Source: Trypanosoma brucei (Eukaryota). From it: 64,000 nucleotides of DNA. Positions 32,752 through 44,875 of the stretch are shown piece by piece. Position numbers and translations under genes: made by a program. The notes beneath the pieces are model-generated. The model did no database searches and had not been told where the DNA came from. It saw nothing but the letters and a program-made list of their open reading frames with translations. The stretch spans positions 384,001-448,000 of the forward strand of contig AL929603.2 in the NCBI GenBank assembly GCA_000002445.1, given 5' to 3'. The number at the start of each line of letters is the position of its first letter. Position 1 is the first letter of the stretch.

Positions 32752-33804
32752 ATGAAGTTTCTTGTTGTCGATGGTGATTGGCCCGTAACTCCGTACACAC
32801 TCACCCGTTCTGAATTAGTGTCACATTCAGTGGAGGAAGCAGACGGGGGTAGTGAAGGCGGTCAACTTATTATTCATGGCCATACGCTTGTTGCCCTCTG
32901 CCAGCAGCAGTTGCACACCTCGGTTGTAAGAGTGCGAGCAGCTCCTGATCTTTCCACATTGGGACTCACAATATTACACGAATCTTTAAGTGATAGCACT
33001 GGAAATATTCGCCTTGTCACTCCTAAGAGTCTCACGAGGCAGGTATTTGCAGTAGATGATCTGTTAGTGCACGGAAGGCTAATTGTTTTTACCTCCCGTT
33101 GGGAATCACTCGCTTCCGCCGCCATTGTTGGCGTGAAATCTGACCGAAGGGAAGAACACGAGCTAACTCGCAGAACCAAATCCAGGCCTGAGGAAACCAA
33201 GAATAGCGGTAGGGGTAACCATGACACTTCTGTGTCGCGGCCGAGCGTGTTTTCTGGGAGAAACCGAACGGCATTGCACAAGTTTACATGTGCTGAGACG
33301 TACTTTCAATCAATCCCCCCGGCTACGGTTCATGACTTGGATCTGTTGAATAATCTGATTCAAGCAGGAACCATTCGTCTCGACCCCCGCGTGGAAGTGT
33401 ACCTCTGTACCGTGTGCGGATTCCTACCGCGTCAAACGTTTACAACATCATGCTGCGGTGCTATCATGTGCGGCGCATGCACACCACTTATATCTACTTC
33501 CTCAGTGATGCCATCTGTCATGAGCGAAAGATATGTTTGCATAGCCTGCAAAGAGCTTCCATTTACAAGTCACACTGCCCATGTGAGCAGGGATGCAGAA
33601 GTGATGAAGCTAGTGCGTGAGCTCCGCGTGCTACATCATCCACAGCTGGCTTCGGCAGCCTCAGCCACTAGTTCCCACGGAATGGCTGAGAAGAGTCACG
33701 CATCATTGCCCTTCCTTTTGCACTCCATGGGAATCATGCCAGCAAAACGTGATGTGGGAGGCGCCGCGGCACCCGTTCTTGGGTCGGTATTTCCAAATCC
33801 GTGA
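32752..33804 (+). CDS. Hypothetical protein with C-terminal cysteine-rich (RING/zinc-binding-like) motif
   Basis: 350-aa ORF starting at an ATG. The cluster CTVCGF...SCCGAIMCGAC...YVCIACKELP has C-x2-C...CC-x4-C-x2-C...C-x2-C spacing. The fold is not assignable by eye. Confidence 0.45.
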   Translation: MKFLVVDGDWPVTPYTLTRSELVSHSVEEADGGSEGGQLIIHGHTLVALCQQQLHTSVVRVRAAPDLSTLGLTILHESLSDSTGNIRLVTPKSLTRQVFAVDDLLVHGRLIVFTSRWESLASAAIVGVKSDRREEHELTRRTKSRPEETKNSGRGNHDTSVSRPSVFSGRNRTALHKFTCAETYFQSIPPATVHDLDLLNNLIQAGTIRLDPRVEVYLCTVCGFLPRQTFTTSCCGAIMCGACTPLISTSSVMPSVMSERYVCIACKELPFTSHTAHVSRDAEVMKLVRELRVLHHPQLASAASATSSHGMAEKSHASLPFLLHSMGIMPAKRDVGGAAAPVLGSVFPNP

Positions 33805-34000
33805 AAATCTACAATCAGAACCATATTCTGCCGGTTAGTTGTATACCCACATTAGTGAATATGAGGTTGGTTCTCACATAACCATGGGGAGCCGCACACA
33901 TCATCAATACCCGATAATAAACCTGTACAGCTTAATGTATACTTAAACTTCTATGCTCTTTCCCCCCCTTTTTTTACCATTCTCACTACTGTGAACAGTA

Positions 34001-34510
34001 ATGTGGCGGGTGAAACCCTTAGTTTGGTTGGCTGCTCGCGATGTCAACACCCTCCGTACTGTCTCTTCACTTCACTCCCGAACCCGGCAAGAGGATGTCA
34101 CCATCAGTGGAAATGACAAAGTGACAAGAAATAGGGAGCGTAACTACGCAGCGGCACCATCTGGATGCTTTCGCTTTGATTTACCAACTGCATCGCTGCA
34201 TTCGGAACTTTCAAGAGGCCGTCGTTATGACGTACCGAAGGGAAAATCATGTAGCGGCCAATGGGCCTCAAAAGGTAAAATATGCACAACTACCAATAAT
34301 GGGAGAGCTGCAGTGGGAACAGGTAAGGAACCTTCAATGGGACCGCTTCCATCTTCCCGGAGTTCCGGCACCCGATTCCCAGTTGATTATCGACGGATGA
34401 AAGAGTCTCACAAGGTGGAGGCTGGTAATGCTGTGAATTCAACAATATCGAGTAGTGACAGCAGGGCACCGTCGAAACGAATTAATGTTCGAGTCATCGC
34501 TTTGGAGTGA
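34001..34510 (+). CDS. Small basic Ser/Arg-rich hypothetical protein (uncertain)
   Basis: 169-aa ORF starting at an ATG, with a polypyrimidine tract and AG immediately upstream (33950-34000). A new polyY-AG signal follows its stop, ahead of the next gene. It is in the same frame as the downstream ESCO gene but separated from it by a stop codon. Confidence 0.3.
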   Translation: MWRVKPLVWLAARDVNTLRTVSSLHSRTRQEDVTISGNDKVTRNRERNYAAAPSGCFRFDLPTASLHSELSRGRRYDVPKGKSCSGQWASKGKICTTTNNGRAAVGTGKEPSMGPLPSSRSSGTRFPVDYRRMKESHKVEAGNAVNSTISSSDSRAPSKRINVRVIALE

Positions 34511-34530
34511 CCGGAACAAACATCGTCACC

Positions 34531-34646
34531 CCCTCCCTTTTATTCATCACACACATAGTTTCTTCACAGTTATTTTGTTTTCTCGTACCATTGCTCGCTC
34601 GATTGTACTCTTTTCTCTGCCTAATTTGTTTCTTTTATTTTGCAGA
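34531..34646 (+). promoter_or_regulatory. Polypyrimidine tract ending in ttttgcAG upstream of the ESCO-like gene (putative trans-splice acceptor)
   Basis: Direct reading: ccctcccttttattcatcac...ttctctgcctaatttgtttcttttattttgcag, followed by the ATG at 34829. Confidence 0.5.
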
Positions 34647-34828
34647 TTGTGGCGAGGTTGTTACCTGCCATTGGCTCACTATGTCCCTCGTGTCCTGTTG
34701 CCGATTTACTAAAATGTTATGTTGTTGTCTGTATCACCCTAAACCAATTCTTTTTTTTTTTGATTCTTGGGCCCTCTCCAAAGGGACGTGGGCTTACCTG
34801 TTTAAGATCATGCTAATATTACGAACAC

Positions 34829-35716
34829 ATGCACAATAGTGTTCCAGCATCCAACACATGTTCTCCGTTTAGGGAGGAAACCGTGTCGAAAAGAGGAAAG
34901 CGGTCACGTGGAACTGGAGGGGATGACAAAATAACTCGCGGCACGTGCTCTCAGCCGTTTAGTGTCATCACACTCCCCCCGGGAAAACTTCTCGAATGGC
35001 TGGTGTGTTCTCCCTGCCGAGTATATGATGTCAACCTTCCTCGTTCCCGTAATAATGATAATAACATATCCTCATTGCAGTGTGCCGTTTTACCGAACTT
35101 CTTTGTGGAATATGGTGGGCGCTCATACTCTTGTGTCGCAAAGGTGTGCAAACCGCAGCTACGCAAGGTATTGCTGCGGGCTCTTGCGGCAGTGCGTCAA
35201 GAGATGGGCTCTGTTGACGATATCCCCCACGACTCACTTCTTGTTGTTGCTGTTTCTCCCATTAATGCCTTTTCCTCGGAGTGCATTCATGATGCATCGC
35301 GTACTGCAATGCCAAGAGCACGTGAGGGTTGTAAGATTGTGGGATTGTGCGTGGCGCGGGAACTGAGTGCGCCGCATCGAATGCACTGTGAGTCTAATTG
35401 GTCACACGAGAAGAGTGAAGCCTCGGGTGTGGGGGCAGCCGTACAGGAGGGTCTCGGGGACTGTTGGGAGGAGGATGCCACGCGTGTTGGAGGCACTAAT
35501 AATGTGAGAAAAGCATTTTGTGGTGTGCAGCTTGTGTGGGTGGCGGATTGCTATCGGCGCCATGGCGTAGCCAAAGTACTTGTCGATACAGCGCGCCGGC
35601 ACATTAGCTACGGGTTTGAGGTTCCAGTTGAACGGGTTGCTTTTTCTGAGCCGACTTCGCTTGGGAAGCTGTTCGCGAAAAGCTACAGTGGACGGCCTGA
35701 TTTTCTTATATTTTGA
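34829..35716 (+). CDS. ESCO/Eco1-family N-acetyltransferase (cohesin acetyltransferase)
   Basis: The C-terminal block CGVQLVWVADCYRRHGVAKVLVDTARRHISYGFEVPVERVAFSEPTSLGKLFAKSYSGRPDFLIF aligns with the ESCO acetyltransferase core ...RIWV...RRKGIA...AFSDPTPDGKLFA...FLVY. An upstream Cys pair in CSPCRVYDV may belong to the ESCO zinc finger. Confidence 0.7.
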   Translation: MHNSVPASNTCSPFREETVSKRGKRSRGTGGDDKITRGTCSQPFSVITLPPGKLLEWLVCSPCRVYDVNLPRSRNNDNNISSLQCAVLPNFFVEYGGRSYSCVAKVCKPQLRKVLLRALAAVRQEMGSVDDIPHDSLLVVAVSPINAFSSECIHDASRTAMPRAREGCKIVGLCVARELSAPHRMHCESNWSHEKSEASGVGAAVQEGLGDCWEEDATRVGGTNNVRKAFCGVQLVWVADCYRRHGVAKVLVDTARRHISYGFEVPVERVAFSEPTSLGKLFAKSYSGRPDFLIF

Positions 35717-36034
35717 TGTGCGATCGAGAGTTATTACTCAGTTTAGGCGACTTCCTGGAGGATAGAAGTTAATTATTCTGTAAGTGCATTGGAGAAGGAC
35801 TCTATCACATCATACCAACGTTGGTGACTCCTGTGCTGCCGTTCATTTCACATCGCCTTTCAAATTCTTTTCATCTCACCTTATTTGTTTTTCTTTGTGT
35901 GCTATAGAGTATCATTTACTTTCTACCAGTGGGTGGAGGTACATAGCCAGCTTCTGCACTGTGGACTTCGGGATACCTGTTGATCAAATAATAAAAAAAG
36001 AAAAAATAAACCCAATAAGTTGCCACTTCCCGAT

Positions 36035-39000
36035 ATGTTGACAGGTGACATCTTGTTGCAAGAAATTGAGAGTCTGGGAAGGGTCGAGAGGTACGAACGG
36101 GTGGTGGAGGTCGGCCGCGCCGCGCGTGCTGGTGGTGATGTGTGCAAGGAGCGCCTCGCATTGATTGAGCTTTCGCGTTCATGTGTGCCATACGAACGAC
36201 TGACTGCTGCGTTGGGGTTATGGCAGAGTGGGTGTAGTTCGGAAACACTAAGGCTTCTGAAAGACCCTTGTGGCCGTGTTTCGCGGTTGGCTATGCTCCC
36301 AGCGGCGGAGGCGTTGCCGGATGCGGATTTGTTGAAAGTGTTTGGTGAACTGCCGGTGCAACGCCTCGCGATGTTCTGCGGTTACCTCGAGCGGAAGGGG
36401 AGAGTAACAGGTTTGGTTGACAGGTACGTGGCAGCCGTGACCCCTGTGCTGCAAAAGGGTCCTGGACTAACGCTGCTTTGTTGGGCGTCTGTCAGCATGT
36501 TGGCTGCACAACCCACCAGCACCTTCTACCTTCTGAGGAAGAGTGAGTGGGGCACACTTGTGCGACGGAATCCAAACTTCGCTGCGACACTAGTGAAGGC
36601 GAATATAAACAGTGGCACCGAAGCAAATCCCTCTGCTATCACGCAAGCTCATACTGTACTGGCGCAGCTTCGCCGATTTCACCCGTCGGTTGGATCGCAG
36701 TTACTGGGTTGTGTGCTACCGCGAGTACGAGTGAGCAATGAATGTATAGAAGCATATGCTAAAATGTACCCTGTTGAGGTGACACAAATGCTTTTGAAGC
36801 ATAAGTTGGAGGAAACTTTGGACGTAAGCCACTTTTTTAAAAAGTTGGATCCAGATACACTTCTTACCCTTTTCAGTGCCGGTGTGTTCCGTGGGAAGGA
36901 TTTCAAAGAGTGTTTTGCTTATGCCCCACATAACTTGCGAATGATTTTGTATAAGCGGTATCGAAAGGAACTACTTGATCCTGATGGGTCGATGGATATT
37001 TCCATGATTGAGTTGATCCCTAACCGTGAGGAGCGTGAGCGCGAGGCTCTACGTGCGCTGAATGAATCTGAGAGTCTGCGATTGGATCCAAAGAGATGGG
37101 TATCGTTCCTCTCTCCGTTACCTCTCTCACAGGCGGTGGAGGTAGGGAAGCAGTATTTGAAGGAAAAGGATGTCCATGTACGGGCTGAACTTATTGCCGC
37201 AATTGCGTATGGTGGTCAGTACCACCGAGAATGCTTAGATGATATTCTCGACTTCTGCATTGCTCGTGGGAATGATAATGATGTTGTGCGGAGGAAGTTC
37301 CTGATGAGGCTATCGATGATTTCCCGCAGCAAGTGGGAGGAGCGGCACATACCCAAACTCGCTGAAATTGTTAAAGCGGCATTGGACGCAAGAGATTCCT
37401 CCTCCTCTTCTTTGGACACGTGCATGTCACTGGTGTTGGGCACGGCTCATCTTTCCACGAAGGTGATTGAAAGCTCTTTTCTCCCACTTGTGCGAAGGGT
37501 GGGACCTCCTTTTAACCTGGGGAAATACCATTTGCCGAAGTCTGCTCTGTTGTGCATTTGGTCATGCCTTGAGCCCGTGATGAAAAAGGAAGCACAATCG
37601 GATCAGCATATGAAGGAAAGAATCATGTGGATGTTCTCCTCCCGCTTGCGGGACATTGGTGACGTTGTTATTCCGTACCTTAAGGGGCTTTGTGAGAGTG
37701 AGGACGATCTAGTCTTCTGTGGAATCAGCACCCTGCTGAAACACTTCCCCACCATCGGGTCACAGATGTTGCCAAACCTTGTGGTTAAAAGGCCTGATGT
37801 GATAAGCGTACCAGAGGTATGCTTTAAAGTAAGCAACAGCATACAAGGTGAGCTTTTGGAGAGGTGTCTTATGCGGGAGGCACTTGAGGATATTGTGTGC
37901 AGAGGAAGGTTTCCACATTCGGCACTCAGTGGCCGCTACTGGACTGCCGCGAAGCAGCAGATGTATGCTAATTCCACAGTTGAAATTTTGCTGGAAAAGG
38001 AAGAGGAATGGTTTGAGGCTCAGTGCTTGCTGAAACCCCTCGAATCCTTGTACAGTGTTGATGTGGCGAAGATCGCCTCTGTTCTGTTGGGCGAGGACAG
38101 CAAACCACCGCTGCTACGGGACCGACTTATTGAACTCCTTGGAAGAGCGGAGAATCCGGAGTCCCTACAGTTCCTGCTCAGCGCTCTTAATGACAACAGG
38201 TCACGCGTGGCCATCCATGCCATCAGTAAACGCGCTGGCGCTCTTTCCACTGCTCAGGTTCTGCAAATAGTGGATAAGGCTATGCACTCCAAATTGGTAG
38301 CCGTTCAGAAGGTGGCAGTTCGTCTCGGTGCCTTGAATGGTGACGAGGCGAGTTATAACTTTCTCATGCAACTGCGGAAGGGTGGAAGAATGAATGCGGA
38401 TGTGGAGGCTGTGTGGGTGCAAGCGATGTTTAACTTTCTGGGTAAGGAGGATGTGTGGGTGTTTTTCCACAATGCCGCGCAGGATGAGCGTAGGGCAGTG
38501 GCTCTCGCCGTGGTGGATATTCCTAGCGGCACGCTTGAGGCGTGTTGGCAGTTGACTGCGCTGTGTAAGTTATTCGTTTTGCTGCTGAACCACGATGACG
38601 CCTATGTGACTGTTCAAGCGCTGAAGAAGCTATCGAAAAGTAAGCTACCGAGCTACGACGAGGAACTGATTAGTTGCCTTTTCCACCTCCTTGACACACG
38701 AAGACAATCGGATTATTTTCCCGACATTCTGCTTGCGCTCGCAAATTCATCTGCGGATGCTCGTGAGTTAGCCCAACGCCTAGTGGATGTTGACCTCGAC
38801 TCAGTACTAAGTGTCAATGCCCACACTCATTGTGGTTCTATGGCTTCCCATGGAGAGCGGTTCAGAAATATTGTTTCGTCAATGGTGGAGCTGTTGGTGG
38901 AAGAGGGCCGGCAGCCGGCAATCGTATGCCATCTCATCTGTTGGCTGCATCCGACTGTGGCTGGTGAGTATTTGATGAAACTTTGTGAGAAGGGTCATCT

Positions 39001-39280
39001 CCATCCGGGATGTGTGTACGCCATCGTGGAAGCCGCAGGGAATTTCGGTTCCGAAACTGATGGGGTGAGTGCCCTTGAGGAGCAGCTGCGTGGTCACAGT
39101 AATCCCATCATGCAACGCATTGGACTGGAGCTGCTTCGTCGTATGGCATCTTCGGCAGGATGGGACGGGACGCTCTGCGAAGCGTTAGAGGTGTACCGAT
39201 CTGCAAGTGATCCGTGGGTGAGAGATACGGCCAAAGTCATATCCGCTGAAGATTTGAACGAGTCGTGTTCATCCTACTGA
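36035..39280 (+). CDS. Large conserved hypothetical protein, predicted alpha-helical (HEAT/ARM-like) repeat architecture
   Basis: ORF of about 1081 aa with no catalytic motif. It is Leu/Ala-rich with periodic helical segments. The track start 36020 is a TTG; the first ATG is 36035. Confidence 0.55.
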   Translation: MLTGDILLQEIESLGRVERYERVVEVGRAARAGGDVCKERLALIELSRSCVPYERLTAALGLWQSGCSSETLRLLKDPCGRVSRLAMLPAAEALPDADLLKVFGELPVQRLAMFCGYLERKGRVTGLVDRYVAAVTPVLQKGPGLTLLCWASVSMLAAQPTSTFYLLRKSEWGTLVRRNPNFAATLVKANINSGTEANPSAITQAHTVLAQLRRFHPSVGSQLLGCVLPRVRVSNECIEAYAKMYPVEVTQMLLKHKLEETLDVSHFFKKLDPDTLLTLFSAGVFRGKDFKECFAYAPHNLRMILYKRYRKELLDPDGSMDISMIELIPNREEREREALRALNESESLRLDPKRWVSFLSPLPLSQAVEVGKQYLKEKDVHVRAELIAAIAYGGQYHRECLDDILDFCIARGNDNDVVRRKFLMRLSMISRSKWEERHIPKLAEIVKAALDARDSSSSSLDTCMSLVLGTAHLSTKVIESSFLPLVRRVGPPFNLGKYHLPKSALLCIWSCLEPVMKKEAQSDQHMKERIMWMFSSRLRDIGDVVIPYLKGLCESEDDLVFCGISTLLKHFPTIGSQMLPNLVVKRPDVISVPEVCFKVSNSIQGELLERCLMREALEDIVCRGRFPHSALSGRYWTAAKQQMYANSTVEILLEKEEEWFEAQCLLKPLESLYSVDVAKIASVLLGEDSKPPLLRDRLIELLGRAENPESLQFLLSALNDNRSRVAIHAISKRAGALSTAQVLQIVDKAMHSKLVAVQKVAVRLGALNGDEASYNFLMQLRKGGRMNADVEAVWVQAMFNFLGKEDVWVFFHNAAQDERRAVALAVVDIPSGTLEACWQLTALCKLFVLLLNHDDAYVTVQALKKLSKSKLPSYDEELISCLFHLLDTRRQSDYFPDILLALANSSADARELAQRLVDVDLDSVLSVNAHTHCGSMASHGERFRNIVSSMVELLVEEGRQPAIVCHLICWLHPTVAGEYLMKLCEKGHLHPGCVYAIVEAAGNFGSETDGVSALEEQLRGHSNPIMQRIGLELLRRMASSAGWDGTLCEALEVYRSASDPWVRDTAKVISAEDLNESCSSY

Positions 39281-40665
39281 TGAATTTAACGGCGGGATGA
39301 AAACAATGATATCGGGGCAGTGCTTACCAAGGTCGTGTAGTCGTCGTTTATACATACACATATATTTTTTAACGGGATGCAGCGACAAAGTGTGGGTTAT
39401 TAGTTTCCTTTAAATATCTACCTGAATTCTTGTTAGTATTCCTCTGTGGTTGGTTTTCGACTTGATATTTGTGTTTAAAGACTCTCTTTTATGATACTGA
39501 TCCATTGTTTGAAAATTTCCTCCGAATTATGGTCCGATGTTACGCTTGTCACCGCTGTGACACGAATATGCCACACCGTGGCTACCGGTCACTGAGACTG
39601 TGTGAGTGTGTGGCCAGAGGAGTACATACAAATGCGTGAGAGTATGTTTCCAAATAATTGCTACAAGACGTCGATTAACCTTGTCGTAATACTCTTGACT
39701 GCTCCTCACTTGTAGTTCAGGTCGCTGGTCTGCATATTGGTTGGTGATGGGGCAGAGTTAGGTTACGCAGTTTTCTTGTTGTTCTTTACCCCCCTTACAA
39801 ATTCACTTTCATTGCAGGTACGGACAATAATTTATGTCTCCCTGTATCATACTTTTTTGATTCATTTGCCACAAATTTGAAGCCGTGAAATAAATGAGAA
39901 ACGGTACAACTCTCCTTCATTAATATATGTATTTTTGTTTCATGTCTAAAGGTGGTTTCCCTTCAAGCTTTATCTACCCTTTCGTTCTGCTGCTTTCTGA
40001 CCTCTATTGTTTTGTACTGCATGAATGGAGATGGAGAGAGGCGGTTACAGGGAAATGGGAGGATTTATGGTTTGTCGGTTTACTTCATCCCACTTGGCAA
40101 CTGTCAATGTTGTGCAATAACTACATGATGATGTTGCAATCATGAACCCATTCTCTGACGAGCGCGCAACGAACGTTAATATTGGCTTACCCTAATGAAA
40201 CGAACAACCGTAGAACTGGTTCACCATCGTGTGGGACGTCGGTTAGGTCAGTGACCGTATTTTATATATGCGCATACGCTTCCTCTTAATCAAACGTACG
40301 GGGCGGCTGCCGGTAAAGATATTTGTGGTGGGGGTTAAGAGTAATATTGAAAACGGAAGTGAGAAAGAGACTTTTCCTGAGTTAATATATTGCGTTACTG
40401 TTGTTGATTCTGAATACAGAGCTGCTTGTTCTTCTGTGATTTTCAACCCTAACTTGTTATTAAAGCAAACAACGCCGACTCGCTTTTACTTTTTCCCTCC
40501 TTTATTAACATTATTATCATTGGTCTTAACTTTCTAGTACAAATAGGTGTCCTTTTTTTAAAAAAAAACTGCGTGTAAGTTTCGTTGTCACGACAGAAGA
40601 GGATCTTCATCCGCTATCCTGCTCCTTAACCGCAGTCCCCCCCGTCTGTTCCTACAACGTGGAGC

Positions 40666-41379
40666 ATGTCGTCAAGCAAAGGTGGTGAAACCAACAACGC
40701 CGCCGGCGCTGACGCATCATCTCCTCAACTGTCCCGTAATAGCCGAACGTTTCTTCGAACGAAGCTACAAAAACGTGCGAAAAAGAACAGCAATGAGGGA
40801 AAGGGGGACAGTAGCGGTGGTGCCAAATTTCAGAAACGTAGTCTGCAGTGCTTGAAGAAGTTCACCTGCCCAGTTTGTCGGATGAAGGGTGCCGTTCGCA
40901 TTGATGTAAACGCGAAGGAGCAGCAGGCGGTAGTATCATGTAGCTATTGCATGCAACTGAAGCCGCGGCCCGTTGATTTACCGTACCCTTTCACAACATC
41001 GTTTCTGCCAAAACTGCAGAACCGTGCCGATGTTTTCTTTGAGTTTAACGAGTTGTATCGCAGATTGCAACTACAAGCGAACTCCATTGAGTGTGCTGGG
41101 GAAGACGTTTCAGGTCTTAATACCAGTCACCTCCTGAGGGATGGTGTGTTAGGCCTCACTGGTTTGGCAACCGGTGGCGTAACGAACGAAAATAATGAAT
41201 GTGAGGAGGGAAACGATTACGAGGAGGGCGGTGATTACGAGGAAGATGCTAGTGATGATGATGAAACTGTTGCAATCGGATGTGGTAATGAAGCGACTGT
41301 AAACGTGGCAGAGGAGGAAACGGTTACCAGCGACGTCGCAGTGGACGACGTTAATGCATTCTTTGACGAAAGTGACTAG
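40666..41379 (+). CDS. Divergent ELOF1/Elf1-like zinc-finger protein (second paralogue) with basic N-terminal extension and acidic tail
   Basis: FTCPVCRMKGAVRIDVNAKEQQAVVSCSYCMQ has the same C-x2-C-x20-C-x2-C spacing as ELOF1. ADVFFEF downstream parallels PVDVFFRF of the canonical copy at 31685. A basic, Lys-rich N-terminus is followed by an Asp/Glu-rich C-terminus. Confidence 0.6.
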   Translation: MSSSKGGETNNAAGADASSPQLSRNSRTFLRTKLQKRAKKNSNEGKGDSSGGAKFQKRSLQCLKKFTCPVCRMKGAVRIDVNAKEQQAVVSCSYCMQLKPRPVDLPYPFTTSFLPKLQNRADVFFEFNELYRRLQLQANSIECAGEDVSGLNTSHLLRDGVLGLTGLATGGVTNENNECEEGNDYEEGGDYEEDASDDDETVAIGCGNEATVNVAEEETVTSDVAVDDVNAFFDESD

Positions 41380-41786
41380 GTTCATTGGAGCCATGCGTAT
41401 GCATTTATACAACCCGCTCACAAGGAATTGGATATAAGTTATGTGCCGCTCCTGGAAAGGATCTAATATCTTGAAAAAACTCCTGCACCATTTCATTTAA
41501 CGTTTACAGTTCCCGTGGATTAAGAGGCCTTTTCAGACAAAACGCCTGTGTTCGGGTACCAACGAATGCCTTCGCCTGTCCGCGGGGCCATCGGGTGCAC
41601 ATCCTTACCTCCTCACCTGCCTGTACGTCTGTGTTTTACGTGAATGAAAAGGAGTAAAAAAGCATTACCATGGTGTTGCTTAATTACGGTCCCCCCATAT
41701 TTCATATGTCTTTTCAATGCTTGAATTCTCCCTATCCTCTTCGACATCCGTTGGTCGTCTTTGCATTGCTAAGTGGCTAAAGGTAG

Positions 41787-44240
<2,454 letters not shown>

Positions 44241-44875
44241 TAATTATTTGGATGATGAGGTAATACACGGGAGGGTGTTATTTTTCACTGCAGTATCCGT
44301 CATTGTTCGGTTGCTAACGTAGTTTGTGATGAGTGAATTCTCACTTGTAGGTCCCGGTAAGTCTGCAGCTAACCACATTGCTCTCGGGTTAATGTCACTT
44401 CCACTTATGTGAGCGGAAGTCTGTTCTTTAATCAACCGCGTTAACACATTGAAGCACTAAAGGAGTGCAATGTCCTCCACTCATGTACACGTGCAAGGAT
44501 GGGGAATATGCATGACGGTGATGTCATTTCGTGAGTTTGAGGTTGGATGTGATGGTACACGAGACGTGTTTTTTTTTTTTGGTACCGTTTCTTTTCTTCG
44601 CAGAGGAAAGTTCGTGGTGGCACCCTTAGTTGTGAATATTTTATGTTACCCATTAGGGTGGGTACCTTTTAGTTTCTACCTTGTTACGTAGGATACACTA
44701 CGAAATGTAAAGATGTTTCATATGTCACTTATCTTTGCGCGTTTTAACGAATTTTTTCCCATTCGCTTTCATTTGTTTTTTTTTGGCCACCTACGATACC
44801 AAGCAGACGTGCCGTACAGAAAATTTGCGTGCTTCAGCAACCATCAGCCTGACTTAGTAATAGGGGGTGTAAATC

